From a plasmid: a stretch of 64,000 nucleotides of DNA. Location of the stretch: the sequence record NZ_CP031419.1. One strand, 5' to 3'. The number at the start of each line of letters is the position of its first letter. Position 1 is the stretch's first letter. The translations under genes and the position numbers were made by a program. Below the pieces are notes generated by a model, which did no database searches, was not told where the DNA came from, and saw only the letters and a list, made by a program, of their open reading frames with translations. Shown here in pieces: positions 1 through 9,886 of the stretch.

Positions 1-337
1 CAGCGATATCGGGGGTGTAGGCGAGGGCGCACCAGTTCGCGATCCGATCCACGACCGCACCGACGGTCTCGGTATGGCGCCGCGCGCCGGGTGCGGCAAC
101 CGGGGTGACGAGCGCGATATACCGGTCGATCGCGCGGACCAGACGAAGCCGGTGCATATCGATCTGGTCGGCTCGCTCACCGCCACCTGAAAGCCGGGCC
201 GCATGCAGCGCGCCGAGTTCCCCGGCAGCATCCAGCATCGGGTGCGGCCGCGACACCAGGAGCAGGCCACGAATGGTGTGGATCAGTGTCGTCGAGCTCG
301 GAATGCGAGCAGCGTGCATCGGTCCGTCGCTCGTCAT
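1..337 (-). CDS. partial hypothetical protein (N-terminus in window, C-terminus beyond left edge)
   Basis: Manual minus-strand translation from the ATG at ~335-337 gives MTSDGPMHAARIPSSTTLIHTIRGLLLVSRPH... with no stop before position 1. It is absent from the ORF track because its stop lies outside the window. The start forms an ATGA overlap with the stop of the next gene. Confidence 0.3.
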   Translation of the reverse strand, partial: MTSDGPMHAARIPSSTTLIHTIRGLLLVSRPHPMLDAAGELGALHAARLSGGGERADQIDMHRLRLVRAIDRYIALVTPVAAPGARRHTETVGAVVDRIANWCALAYTPDIA

Positions 338-669
338 CGCCCAGCCTGGAGGTGCCGATCCGGACGAGTGAGGGAATGCGGGCGCCCACCACCCTGCGGC
401 CAGCACATCGGCGGGTCCACCGTCCAGACCGCCGCGATGCGCCGCACCGTTTCCATCCACCCTCGTAGGTGTCGCTCCGAGGGCACCACGACCACATCCG
501 CCCGCGCGGAGTGCAAATGAGCCAGCAGGACAGTCAGATCGGTGGTGACGTAGGTGTCGCGGGCAGGCAAATCCAGCCGCATCCGCCGGGCCAGCGCCCG
601 GACGCTCTCGACACCGCCCTGCCCATCGCGCGCCGAAACATCTTGCCGGACAATCGCAATCGCTCTCAT
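334..669 (-). CDS. hypothetical small protein, serine-recombinase N-terminal-like
   Basis: Internal Met of ORF 334..735 (MRAIAIVRQDVSARDGQ...). The ATG overlaps the stop of the upstream gene (ATGA). Weak resemblance to a resolvase catalytic-domain fold. Confidence 0.35.
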   Translation of the reverse strand: MRAIAIVRQDVSARDGQGGVESVRALARRMRLDLPARDTYVTTDLTVLLAHLHSARADVVVVPSERHLRGWMETVRRIAAVWTVDPPMCWPQGGGRPHSLTRPDRHLQAGR

Positions 670-1496
670 GAGACCGCGCTCCGTAGCGAGCTGCGCGAGA
701 CCGACGGCGTCACGGCCAGGGGAATCCTCGCCCACGTGAGCGTTCCGCCGGCCTCGGGCTGTACCCGCCCGTGCTCGGCGAAGGCGGTGATCGAAACGCT
801 CAGCGGCTCATCGGCCCGGGATGCGGTCTCGTGCACCTGGACTTCCAGCGTGGCTTCGCGCCGGAGTAGCCACACGGTCACCTGGTTGTTCGGCGCGAGA
901 TCCGGGAAGCCGGCCGCGACTCGCGCGTAGATGCCCGGCTCGGCCGCCGCCATGGCTTCGCCCAGCACCGCGAGGACGATCTGCTCGACAGGCTCGGAGA
1001 GGTGCCGCAGTCCGGCACGGGTGAGTAGCTCGTGCGTCTGGAGCTGGGCCAGCCCGCGAGTGGCCAAGTTCAGTCGAAGCTCGAATTGCCCGATCGGAGT
1101 CCGCGGCGGGGTGGGGGCGGATGCCCGTGGCGACGGGATATCGCGGTTGCGGCGGACGGTGCGCACCAGGGCGGCATCGTCGTCCGGATCGAGGTACCAC
1201 ACTCGCAGCGGGCGGAGCCGCTGCAACTGGCCCAGCAACGTCAGCCGGTCGGAATTCTCTCCGCCTTTGAGGTGGGTCGGCGTCGGCGTGATGATGTGCC
1301 GCGACCACGCTTGCGAGACATCCCGCAGGAGCATCCACAACGCGCCGGTGGCGGCGCCGTACTCCCGGTGCACCACGGCCAGGTCGAAGCCTTCCCGAGC
1401 TGCGAACTCGCGCATCGCATCCTCTACCTCCTGGACGCGCTCGCCGACCAACTCTTGACGCAGATAGCCGTACATCAACGACGGTTTTCGGCCCAT
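666..1496 (-). CDS. hypothetical protein (resolvase-like N-terminus, possible HATPase-like C-terminus)
   Basis: Met94 of ORF 666..1775 (MGRKPSLMYGYLRQ...) is preceded by GGGGTAAG. The upstream part of the ORF is Arg/Pro-rich noise. The stop lies 4 nt from the start of the next gene. Confidence 0.4.
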   Translation of the reverse strand: MGRKPSLMYGYLRQELVGERVQEVEDAMREFAAREGFDLAVVHREYGAATGALWMLLRDVSQAWSRHIITPTPTHLKGGENSDRLTLLGQLQRLRPLRVWYLDPDDDAALVRTVRRNRDIPSPRASAPTPPRTPIGQFELRLNLATRGLAQLQTHELLTRAGLRHLSEPVEQIVLAVLGEAMAAAEPGIYARVAAGFPDLAPNNQVTVWLLRREATLEVQVHETASRADEPLSVSITAFAEHGRVQPEAGGTLTWARIPLAVTPSVSRSSLRSAVS

Positions 1497-1500
1497 CGTC

Positions 1501-2583
1501 TTACCCCTGTCTGAACTTCGGCAGCCCGTCGTGCTGGCCAAACTGAGATGTGGAACCCGGTGTGGTTCGGTGCGTGGCGAAAAGGGCCGTATGGCCGAGT
1601 GACTCGGACCCGGCAGCGGCGGCGTGCGCAGCGGGATCGGTGGCCGCCTGGCTCTGGCCGGGACTGGCCGGCGCTCCCGCTCGCAAGGTCGCGAGAACCC
1701 ATTCCAGGAAGCCCAGATAGTCGACGCCCGAGGAGAGCCGCGCGATGCGGCCGGGCCCCAAGTGCATCCGCGCATCCGGCTCGATCCGGAACTCGCGATG
1801 GTCGAAGGACACGAAAGCGCCTTGCAACGCGGCGAAGGTCAGCGGATCATGCATCATGCTCGCGGGGTGGAACCGCGCGAACCACTGGTCGAGGTGGCGG
1901 GCGATCACCTGGGCCCACGGAATCGACGATGTCGCGAGCAGGCGATAGATCGGGCTGTCCGGGTCCACTGCGATCACCGGAGTGAAGGTGTGATCGGACA
2001 GCACCAAGGTCAGATTCTCTGCTCGGTCTACGACCGTGTGGACCGCCTTCGGATCGAGCCGAAAGTTGTGCTCGGCGCGGTCCGGCTGGCGGTATTCGAG
2101 AGCGCCGCCCATCTGCCAGATCCGCAGGCGCCGGGCCAGCCCGAGCGGGTTCCGCCGACCGGAATCGATCTCCAGAAGGCGTGCGAGATCGGTGAGCGGC
2201 CCGATTCCCAACCAGCGCAATGGCGCCGACGAAGCCGGGTCGGTGAGTGTGGCCACCGTGGCGTACAGGTCCAGCGGCCAGGGGTGCGCCCCAGCGGGGA
2301 CAAGCCCATCGGCGGCCCAATACTTACTCTCGCCCGCCGTGGCCCCGGCTGCTACCACGACGTCCTCGCGGCCGAGCAAGTCGAGCAGGTGGCGGGCGAG
2401 TATCGACCGCCGGCCGTCGGGGAACTCATCAGCGGTGACAACCAGTGCCAGACGTGGTTCGGTCATTGCGGCCAAGGCCAGTGCGATCGCGTCGTCCGGA
2501 TCGCCGCCGATGTCGGTGGAAACGATGAGGGGACAGTCCCTCAGCGCCACCGGGTCGTTGGAAGCAGCGGCAGCCATGATCAA
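1501..2583 (-). CDS. inosine-uridine preferring nucleoside hydrolase family protein
   Basis: N-terminal STDIGGDPDDAIALALA (DxDxxxDD Ca-binding motif of the IU-NH family), 360 aa. Confidence 0.8.
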   Translation of the reverse strand: MIMAAAASNDPVALRDCPLIVSTDIGGDPDDAIALALAAMTEPRLALVVTADEFPDGRRSILARHLLDLLGREDVVVAAGATAGESKYWAADGLVPAGAHPWPLDLYATVATLTDPASSAPLRWLGIGPLTDLARLLEIDSGRRNPLGLARRLRIWQMGGALEYRQPDRAEHNFRLDPKAVHTVVDRAENLTLVLSDHTFTPVIAVDPDSPIYRLLATSSIPWAQVIARHLDQWFARFHPASMMHDPLTFAALQGAFVSFDHREFRIEPDARMHLGPGRIARLSSGVDYLGFLEWVLATLRAGAPASPGQSQAATDPAAHAAAAGSESLGHTALFATHRTTPGSTSQFGQHDGLPKFRQG

Positions 2584-3038
2584 CCCGCCTGCGACAGGTT
2601 CTTCGCGGCGTCCAGGACGATGCTGACCACGGTGTCGAAGTCGGGACGTTCTTCGCCGACGGGTTCCTCCACCCAGTGCCGCCGCTCGTCGTCCGGGCCG
2701 GGGAGCGTGACCAGCGAACCCTGAACAGTCCGGATCGCTTGGAACTTGAACAGCTGGGACAGGATGCGGACCGGGCGTGGATCTCCCATCCGCGCGGGCT
2801 GGGTGACGAAGGTCAGGAACCCGGTTGCACGATTCTCGATCGTCGGGGTTGCCAGGCCCCGACGAAGCAGCTCGGCCCGAACTCGCTCACCGAGCGGGCG
2901 GGGCGTCTGGATTGTGTCCACGGGCCCGGCGCGCAAGATGATCTGCTGGTGCTCGTCCACCTCGGCGCCGACGAAACGGTTTTCTGTGATGTACCTCGCG
3001 CAACGCGCCGCCGCGGTCTCGGTCAGGGTAGTAGCCAT
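2580..3038 (-). CDS. hypothetical protein
   Basis: 152 aa ORF with a GAGGAG RBS. Its 4-nt overlap with the hydrolase start suggests translational coupling. Confidence 0.45.
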   Translation of the reverse strand: MATTLTETAAARCARYITENRFVGAEVDEHQQIILRAGPVDTIQTPRPLGERVRAELLRRGLATPTIENRATGFLTFVTQPARMGDPRPVRILSQLFKFQAIRTVQGSLVTLPGPDDERRHWVEEPVGEERPDFDTVVSIVLDAAKNLSQAG

Positions 3039-3298
3039 AGCTCCTCACAGGGCATCCGATGATCGGGAAGGAAGCCGTCGAACAGCTCGACGGCGGTGAT
3101 CGCGGGGTTGTGGCCCTGCGACCACTTCCGCAAGAAGTTCTTGACCGCTGAACGGCAACCGCGGTAGTCGAAAACCCGGTCAGCCCAAACGAACCGAAGA
3201 TGCACATCGGGTTCTCCCGGGCGCGGCGAGCCCTTGCCGTTCAACCGCGCATCAACCGCGCGGGCCACGAAATCGGAACGAACTACCGCACTAGCCAT
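3023..3298 (-). CDS. hypothetical protein
   Basis: Internal start MASAVVRSDF... with a GGAGG RBS; overlaps the stop of the upstream gene. Confidence 0.35.
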   Translation of the reverse strand: MASAVVRSDFVARAVDARLNGKGSPRPGEPDVHLRFVWADRVFDYRGCRSAVKNFLRKWSQGHNPAITAVELFDGFLPDHRMPCEELWLLP

Positions 3299-3639
3299 CG
3301 CGGAAACCTCCGTCGGTGGGTTAGCTGCTGACCACGTCGTTCGGGCAGCGGGGCGAGGTGGCACGGGACTCCGAGGACGCCGGCCACCGTGAGTGGGGCG
3401 TGACTCAACCCGAGCTCGTCAAGCCAGTCGGCTACGTTCGCCCACAGCGGGTCGTCGTCGCTCGCTGGGCGGGGCTGGGGGAGCACTTCGGCCAGCCTGA
3501 TGGCGGCCAACGCCTGCCCCAGCGTGAGCGTGCGCCCTCGCAGCTGCTCGACCACCCACTGGTCGTTCCCTACCGAGATCGCGGAAATAGTGGTGACGTC
3601 GCTCGACATCCTCCGGCCTGCAACCAGCTGAACAGCCAT
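3283..3639 (-). CDS. hypothetical protein
   Basis: Start at MAVQLVAG with a strong GAAGGAGGG RBS 8 nt upstream. The N-terminal 60 codons of the track ORF are probably non-coding. Confidence 0.4.
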   Translation of the reverse strand: MAVQLVAGRRMSSDVTTISAISVGNDQWVVEQLRGRTLTLGQALAAIRLAEVLPQPRPASDDDPLWANVADWLDELGLSHAPLTVAGVLGVPCHLAPLPERRGQQLTHRRRFPRWLVR

Positions 3640-3980
3640 GATCAGGCCCTCCTTCGCGGGTCGACCGTGCTGAACGGCGAGTTGGGAGGGGACACCGAGT
3701 CCGGCGGCAGAGTCACGCCACCGTGTTGTCCGAAGTCGCACTGATATGCCGTCATCAGTCCCACCTGCACTGGCCTCGTCTCGGAGTGACCAATCCCCAC
3801 GGTCACTTTGCTCTGCCATGTGTCAGAATGTCACAGTGACAAGCAACGTGCAATGCAAACGGCAAACATAGAGGTGGCGGATCGTTGCCGCCCAGTACTC
3901 CGACGCCGTCAGGGGCCGGAACTTGTGACAGAATGTTGGATGTGACAAAAAGTCACTGTGCGCTAGAGGAGGTGTGACCG

Positions 3981-4886
3981 GTGACTCAGGGCCCGATCTC
4001 GGCCAATGGCTACCGAATGTCGCCCTACAGTCGGCGGTTGCATCTCGGCGACCGCCTCCGCAACCTGCGCCAAGAGCAAGAACGCTCGATCCAGCAGGTG
4101 GCCAAGGAAGCTGACATCGACCGGACGCTGCTGACCCGCATCGAAACCGGACAACGTCGAGTCGCGGCCGACGTCAGTATGAAGGTTGCCGAGCATCTCG
4201 GCGTCGAGCAGCATTCGCCCCTCTGGCAGGAGTTCTACGCGCTCGCCCGAGACGCCGCGCAGTCCGGGTGGTGGGAGGGCCGCGCCTTCCGCGGGTTGTC
4301 CGACCGCCAGGCTTTACCGGCGGATCTTGAGGCAGGCGCCAGCCGAATCCGGTGGTACGACTTCGCGCTGGTTCCCGGCCTTCTCCAATCGCCGGCATAC
4401 GTTCGTGCGCGCCATGATGCGACGGTCACCAACGATCATTCTTCGGACAATCCTGTCGAGATCCGCGCCCGCGAACGCCGTCAGCAGGAAGCGCTCACTG
4501 AGGGTGGTCCCCGGATCGAGGTAATCGTCGAAGAGACCGTCGTTCGGCGGCGCGTCGTGCCCGCTCCGGCAATGCTCGAACAGCTGGAGCACTTGCTGAA
4601 GCTCATCGACGCGAACGAGCAGATCGACTTCCGCATCCTGCCCGTCGGTGGCGAACTACTCGGCCTGCGAGCGCCGAGGTCGCCGGTGTCGATCTACGAG
4701 TTCGCTGCGGGCGACCCGCCCTTGGTGTTCGTCGAGTCGTTAACCGACGATGTGCTGTTGCGCGATCACGCCGAGGTCGCCAACCATGAGCGGCTCTGGA
4801 AGCGGCTGCACGAGATAGCCCTACCCCCGGACGAAAGCCGTGTACTCATCGCCCGGAGTGCCGAAATTCTCGCAAAGGAGCAGTGA
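3981..4886 (+). CDS. XRE-family HTH regulator with DUF5753 (Scr1-like)
   Basis: GTG start after AGAGGAGG. The HTH (LRNLRQEQERSIQQVAKEADIDRTLLTRIETGQR) plus a long C-terminal domain is typical of DUF5753 partners of DUF397. Confidence 0.7.
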   Translation: MTQGPISANGYRMSPYSRRLHLGDRLRNLRQEQERSIQQVAKEADIDRTLLTRIETGQRRVAADVSMKVAEHLGVEQHSPLWQEFYALARDAAQSGWWEGRAFRGLSDRQALPADLEAGASRIRWYDFALVPGLLQSPAYVRARHDATVTNDHSSDNPVEIRARERRQQEALTEGGPRIEVIVEETVVRRRVVPAPAMLEQLEHLLKLIDANEQIDFRILPVGGELLGLRAPRSPVSIYEFAAGDPPLVFVESLTDDVLLRDHAEVANHERLWKRLHEIALPPDESRVLIARSAEILAKEQ

Positions 4887-4906
4887 AGCAAGTGAGGAAC
4901 ACGATC

Positions 4907-5293
4907 ATGACCGGGCATCGGCCGCTTGACGGGTACGTCAAGGCGTCCGCCAGCGACGGCGGTGGTAACTGTGTCCTCGTCCGCCGGAAGTCGGGCGAGG
5001 AGCTGATCTTCATTCGAGATAGCAAATACGGGCGCGACCCGCGCAATCTTCCGGAAGAGGAGCCGGTCGTCGAGATGCCGGCCTCGGCATGGGAGGGGCT
5101 TCGGGCCGCTGCCTTGGGCGCTGCAACATCGCCTACGGTTCCCGGTCAGCCCGTCCTCGAAGAGGCGGTTGACGGCGGAATGGTGCTCCAGGGAGCGGAC
5201 GGTACAAGGTTGACCTTCACCGCCGCGGAATGGAGAGCGTTCAAGGCTGGCCTCGTCGCAGGAGAGTTCGAGCCCCAGCAGGTCGCCGCCTAG
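4907..5293 (+). CDS. DUF397 domain protein (tandem DUF397)
   Basis: YVKASASDGGGNCVLVRR and WRAFKAGLVAGEFE are DUF397 signatures. It lies immediately downstream of the XRE partner, overlapping its stop. Confidence 0.65.
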   Translation: MTGHRPLDGYVKASASDGGGNCVLVRRKSGEELIFIRDSKYGRDPRNLPEEEPVVEMPASAWEGLRAAALGAATSPTVPGQPVLEEAVDGGMVLQGADGTRLTFTAAEWRAFKAGLVAGEFEPQQVAA

Positions 5294-5405
5294 GCCCGCC
5301 GCCCGTCCGTCGGCGACGACTCTCTCCGGCTCGCTACACCCCTACCAGAATCCAACGTCCGTCGACTGAACCCAGGTCGGCGGACGTTCGCATCTCCGAA
5401 CAGTG

Positions 5406-5768
5406 CTACAGCAGATGACCCGGCTCGAAGCCGAACTCCACGACCAGGGCGTGCAGGCGCTGAACATCATCGTCGGCGATCGGCTGCCATGTGGACGGGG
5501 GAAGGAGCATGTTCTCGGCTGTGCGCTGGTCGCCGAGCAGCGGAGCGAACCGAACCCTTCCCAGGAGATCGCCCACCGAGGTGACGACGAGCTCCTCCAG
5601 CCGCCCAGGGACGTCGTCCTCCACCCGCAGACCACGCGCCTTCTGCCATAGGGGGGTGGCGCCTCCCCAGCGGAGTCGTGCGGGCGGCCAAACACCGGCC
5701 ACCCGCACGGTCACGTCGATAGGGGGGTCCACCCACCGGCACGGCTGGTATCGGGCCTCATCGAACAT
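5406..5768 (-). CDS. hypothetical protein
   Basis: 120 aa ORF downstream of the MoxR/VWA triad. Confidence 0.3.
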   Translation of the reverse strand: MFDEARYQPCRWVDPPIDVTVRVAGVWPPARLRWGGATPLWQKARGLRVEDDVPGRLEELVVTSVGDLLGRVRFAPLLGDQRTAENMLLPPSTWQPIADDDVQRLHALVVEFGFEPGHLL

Positions 5769-5802
5769 ATGAGCGACACTAGTTCACCGGCCGGGCGAGG
5801 GC

Positions 5803-6825
5803 CTATCCGGCTGCGCGCATCATCAACTCGGCGAGCTGCATGTTCACCAACCGCAGTGAGGCGTGAGTATCGTCCAGGGAATCGGAGAGCCGTTCGGAGT
5901 ACTCCTCCGCTCGGCGGCTCAGCTGCTGGAAGCGGTTGTGCAAGTTGGTGACAGCGGCGTCGCCGGCTCCGTTCGCCTTCGCCGCGGCGATGTCTTCGGC
6001 CAGCTTCTCGAGGTCTTCCCGGGCCTGGTTGGTGAAGGCGTTGACGATCATCTCGCGCATCTCGTCTTCATCGGGCAGGGGGACACGGACGAAGTGGCTG
6101 CCGGACCCGAACCGCGCGACTACTTCGCGCAGCCCGGCCAGGGTCGCTTCGTGCTCGGCGGTGACGAAGTAGACCCCGCCGGTAGGTCGAACCTTCAGTC
6201 CCCCAAGGGCTTCTACGTAGCGGCGGACGATGGCCCGAAGGCGGTCGGGGCCCATGTAGGTCGAGTGCCAGGTGTGCAGGTCGGTGACTTCCGCGAGCAG
6301 CTGCTCGACTCGATCCTGTTCACCCTGCGGGAGGTCCGCGATGGCGGCGGCGTCCGGCTCCACCCGGAGCTTCCCCGCACCGGCGGCGTCGGGATCATCG
6401 GAGCGGATGAACGCGATGACGCCCAGGCGGGTGTCGTAGGACAGCTCGGTGCGTTCCTCGTCGCGGACCTCCCGCACGAGGTGGCGAACCAACTGACCGC
6501 TGTCACGGCGGACGTGGCGAACCATCAGCGTGGCCACCCGATCACCGGCATCGTCGCCTGACTTGCGCCGCGGACGGGTTTTTCGGTCCGCCGTGGGATC
6601 GTCGAGGGAGTAGACAGCCTTCACTCCCTGCGGCCCGGTGACCCGCTCGAAGGCGTCGTCGGCGCGCAGGGGAGGTGGCAGATGCACTGTGTCCAAGTCG
6701 AATTCGTCGAACCACTCTTCGAGTTCTTCCGGAGTGACCTCCCCCCGGAAGATCGAGTACAGCACCAGCCAGCCCAGCACAGGGCTCGTTTCTGCCTTGT
6801 CGGTGTACTGGTCGAAGACGGACAT
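5803..6825 (-). CDS. hypothetical protein, third gene of the MoxR-VWA operon (VMAP-like candidate)
   Basis: 340 aa, same strand and immediately downstream of the VWA gene. No recognisable catalytic motif. A CAAAACGTTCGTTTTC palindrome lies in its upstream region. Confidence 0.45.
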   Translation of the reverse strand: MSVFDQYTDKAETSPVLGWLVLYSIFRGEVTPEELEEWFDEFDLDTVHLPPPLRADDAFERVTGPQGVKAVYSLDDPTADRKTRPRRKSGDDAGDRVATLMVRHVRRDSGQLVRHLVREVRDEERTELSYDTRLGVIAFIRSDDPDAAGAGKLRVEPDAAAIADLPQGEQDRVEQLLAEVTDLHTWHSTYMGPDRLRAIVRRYVEALGGLKVRPTGGVYFVTAEHEATLAGLREVVARFGSGSHFVRVPLPDEDEMREMIVNAFTNQAREDLEKLAEDIAAAKANGAGDAAVTNLHNRFQQLSRRAEEYSERLSDSLDDTHASLRLVNMQLAELMMRAAG

Positions 6826-6921
6826 TGGGAAGCCTCCTCATCAAGCCGCAATCTATTCAAAACGTTCGTTTTCATCCCCACCGCCCCCCGTGAAGTCGGC
6901 GCGGTGGGGGAGCACGCTCGG

Positions 6922-8565
6922 TCAGATGACCCGAAACAGGTCCGCTGCCGGGTGCGGGTCGGCCAGGTCGTCAAGGGTGCGCAGGTTGTCACACAACGCT
7001 TCCAGCACGGCGCTACGGCCGGCCGGGCGGCGTGGGTCGGTGATGGCCACCCCGAACAGTCGGAAGTCCAGCTCGCTCTTGGCCGACTTCCAGGTCCGCA
7101 TCCACTCTTCTGCCACCTCGGCCTCCCCATCGGTGATGAGCACGATGTCCCCGCCCTGCACCGCCTCGTCGCCGTGGTTCTCGGCGAGGATGTCGACGGC
7201 GGCACCGAGGGGTGTTTGGAAATCGGTTCCGCCGGAGAAGAAGGTCTCGGCGAAATCGAGTACCTGGTCGAGCGCGGCCTCTCCGGCCGGGAACCTGTGC
7301 ACGCTGACCTGTTCAGCCGAGGAGAACAGGATGCCGACGAAATCGCGGCCCTCGGCGCGGGCCTGGTCGAGCAGCGCGAGCCCGCAGGCTTTCGCCCATG
7401 CCTCCGCGCTGGCGATCCGTCCATCCGGCCCGGTGTGCGGTGCACACATCGAATACGAGCAATCCAGGCAGGCGATGATCGCACCGCGGCCGCTGTGGTC
7501 TTCGCCCATGGTTTCGTAGAGCATCAGTTGCTTCTCGGCGAAGCGGGCGGCGAACACCGCCCGCAACGCGGGGTGCGCAAGATTGGCTGCCTCGGACGGG
7601 ATCAGCCGCGTCAAGTCGTCGCCCAGAGTGATACCAACGAGTTCTCCGGCGACGTGTTCGAGCTTGCGGGTGCGTTCGGCCGTGGCCAGGCGCCGGAACC
7701 GGCCGACGAGGTCGGTGAACTTGCCCAGCCTGCCACCGCGCAGGCGCTCGGCCAGCCGGGCGCGCTCGTCGAACGACATCCGTTGCAGCTGACCGGGTCC
7801 GAGACCCCAGGCCGCCATCAGCGCCGCCTCCTCGCGCGCCTGTTCGGCGGCGGAGGCCATCGCCTGGCGAGCGTCCGCCCGCAGTGTGGTGCCGAGCGCG
7901 CCGGCCGCTGCTTCCGCTTGTGCGCGGGCCTGCTGGGCCGCATCGTCGGCGGCGTGCGCTGCGGCTACCGCGTTGTCGACCGCGGCGGCGGCTTGGTCGG
8001 GCACCGCGCCGTCGTCGTCTACCTGATCAGCGGCGGCGCCGAGCGCGACTTCGACTGCTGTGGCACGCTCGGCGGCCTCCTGCTCAGCCGCGGCGGACTG
8101 TTCGGCGGCCTGTTGAGCGTCTTGGGACTGCTCGAGCATCTGGGCCAGAGTCGAGCGCTGGGCGATCACCGCCATGGCGGCGGCGTACTCGTCACCGACG
8201 GTCTCGCGGTGGAGATCGGCGTACTCAGGAGTGCCGACCAGGGCGGAGACGATGGCGTGGTTCGGCAGCCGAGTGGGCTCAACCCCGGCAGGGTCGCGCA
8301 GGACGGGATCAGCCTTGTAGACGGTGAGGAATACATCCCGCAGCAGATCGGGCACGTAGTCGAAGCGCTGGGACAGCTCCTCTTCGACCTTGGCCAGCGC
8401 GGTGGCCTGATCCCGCACCTCGGTCCAGGTCATCACGTCGAACCGGTCGCCCTCCACGACCGTGACGGGCCGTGCGGGTGCGGACGTGCCCAGGCCGACC
8501 CATCGGCCTGCCTTGCGGGCCAGATCGGCGAACTTGCGCAGTGCAGTGCTGGACATCGAAACCAT
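6922..8565 (-). CDS. von Willebrand factor type A (VWA) domain protein
   Basis: MIDAS-like DCSYS (IIACLDCSYSM), GGTDF and LITDGEA motifs. Long Ala/Gln-rich coiled-coil N-terminal half. Confidence 0.75.
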   Translation of the reverse strand: MVSMSSTALRKFADLARKAGRWVGLGTSAPARPVTVVEGDRFDVMTWTEVRDQATALAKVEEELSQRFDYVPDLLRDVFLTVYKADPVLRDPAGVEPTRLPNHAIVSALVGTPEYADLHRETVGDEYAAAMAVIAQRSTLAQMLEQSQDAQQAAEQSAAAEQEAAERATAVEVALGAAADQVDDDGAVPDQAAAAVDNAVAAAHAADDAAQQARAQAEAAAGALGTTLRADARQAMASAAEQAREEAALMAAWGLGPGQLQRMSFDERARLAERLRGGRLGKFTDLVGRFRRLATAERTRKLEHVAGELVGITLGDDLTRLIPSEAANLAHPALRAVFAARFAEKQLMLYETMGEDHSGRGAIIACLDCSYSMCAPHTGPDGRIASAEAWAKACGLALLDQARAEGRDFVGILFSSAEQVSVHRFPAGEAALDQVLDFAETFFSGGTDFQTPLGAAVDILAENHGDEAVQGGDIVLITDGEAEVAEEWMRTWKSAKSELDFRLFGVAITDPRRPAGRSAVLEALCDNLRTLDDLADPHPAADLFRVI

Positions 8566-8575
8566 CCCCCTTCGG

Positions 8576-9844
8576 TCAGTTGCTGCCGGTCAGGGTGCTG
8601 ACGTCCACGCCGAGCGCTTCGGTCATCACCCGGGCGTAGACCGCCTTGTGCCGGGCCAGCGCCGCGTCCACCGTGGCCGTGGACCGGCCTGCGGAACGTG
8701 CGTTGTGACGCAGCTCCTCGAGCCTCTTGCCCGCCTTGCCGAGCTTGTGGTTGGCCTCTTTGATCGCCCACTGCGACAACGCCTCTCGCGATTGACCCGC
8801 CTTGGCGTCGAGCTGGGCGGCCATCTCGGCAATGGCGTCGGACAGGTCCATCGCCTCCCGCGCGTCGGGGTTGACCAGCGCGAGTACCTCCCGTTCCACG
8901 GTGGGCCGCTCGGCGACCGAGTCCCACAGCACGTGGGTGAGCATCGGCAGGTCGTTGTCGTCGACCTCGGCGCGGCCGTCGAGGAACGCCGATGCCTGGA
9001 GAAGGCGAATGGCCTGCTTCCAGCGTCGATCCGACGCCACGAGCGACTGTCGCCTCAGCGAGGTTCGCAGCTGGCAGACAGTATCGACCACCCCGTCAGG
9101 CACCGCCACGGCCGGGACGTCGATCGTGACCGCCTGCTGCAACGCCGCAAGTGTGACCGTGGTCGGCGCGGCGGCGGCCGCGGGGCTCTGGACGGCAGAA
9201 CGAATGAGGGCGGCGAAGTTCGACGGATCGGTCAGATAGCCGACCTCGAGCCGGACGAGCAGACGATCGTAGATCGCGGCGCTTTCCTCCCCGCTGGGCA
9301 GCTCGTTGGAGGCGGTGATGGCCGAGATCAGCGGGCAGCTGATCGGGGCCCCGCCGGATTCGGGGTGGTAGAGCCGTTCATTGAGGAAGGCCAGTGTCTC
9401 GTTGAGAGCACCCACCGAGCACTTGAAGATCTCGTCCATGAACGCGATATGGCAGGTCGTAGCACGTCCCTCGAACAGCTGGGTGTACCGGCCCTGGGTC
9501 AGTGCTGCCACGTCGACCGGTCCGAACATTTTCTTCGGGTCGGTGAATTTGCTCAGCAGAATCTCCCACAGCTGGGCATCGACGATCCGGCCGGTCAGCT
9601 CCCGCGCCAACTCGGATTTCGCGGTGCCGGGAGGGCCCAGGATCAGCGAGTGCTTGCCCGCAAGGATCGCTGCGACCACCGCGCGCACAACTTCGGAACG
9701 CTCGTAGAACAAGTCCGACAACTCATCGCTCACCGCCCGCAGCTTGCGCGCCGTGTCGGACGAGTCGTGCTCCACCTGCTGTTTCCCGCTCATGACCTCT
9801 CCCCGATTTAATGGGTACCCATTTAATGTGGACGACACTAGCAC
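8576..9844 (-). CDS. MoxR-family AAA+ ATPase
   Basis: Walker A GPPGTAKSELAREL and Walker B FMDEIFK. The true start may be the internal MSGKQQ. Confidence 0.8.
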   Translation of the reverse strand: MLVSSTLNGYPLNRGEVMSGKQQVEHDSSDTARKLRAVSDELSDLFYERSEVVRAVVAAILAGKHSLILGPPGTAKSELARELTGRIVDAQLWEILLSKFTDPKKMFGPVDVAALTQGRYTQLFEGRATTCHIAFMDEIFKCSVGALNETLAFLNERLYHPESGGAPISCPLISAITASNELPSGEESAAIYDRLLVRLEVGYLTDPSNFAALIRSAVQSPAAAAAPTTVTLAALQQAVTIDVPAVAVPDGVVDTVCQLRTSLRRQSLVASDRRWKQAIRLLQASAFLDGRAEVDDNDLPMLTHVLWDSVAERPTVEREVLALVNPDAREAMDLSDAIAEMAAQLDAKAGQSREALSQWAIKEANHKLGKAGKRLEELRHNARSAGRSTATVDAALARHKAVYARVMTEALGVDVSTLTGSN

Positions 9845-9870
9845 AGAGGTTGGACAAATGGGTACCCACT
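9812..9870. promoter_or_regulatory. paired palindromic operator-like sites (AATGGGTACCCATT x2) in the MoxR divergent promoter
   Basis: A perfect 14-bp palindrome and a second near-copy about 46 bp away, between divergent genes 8576..9844(-) and 9887..(+). Confidence 0.4.
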
Positions 9871-9886
9871 AAGTGAGGATGGGGCG

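Noticed and set aside
6682-8601. 639-aa plus-strand ORF
   Set aside because: Antisense to the VWA gene.
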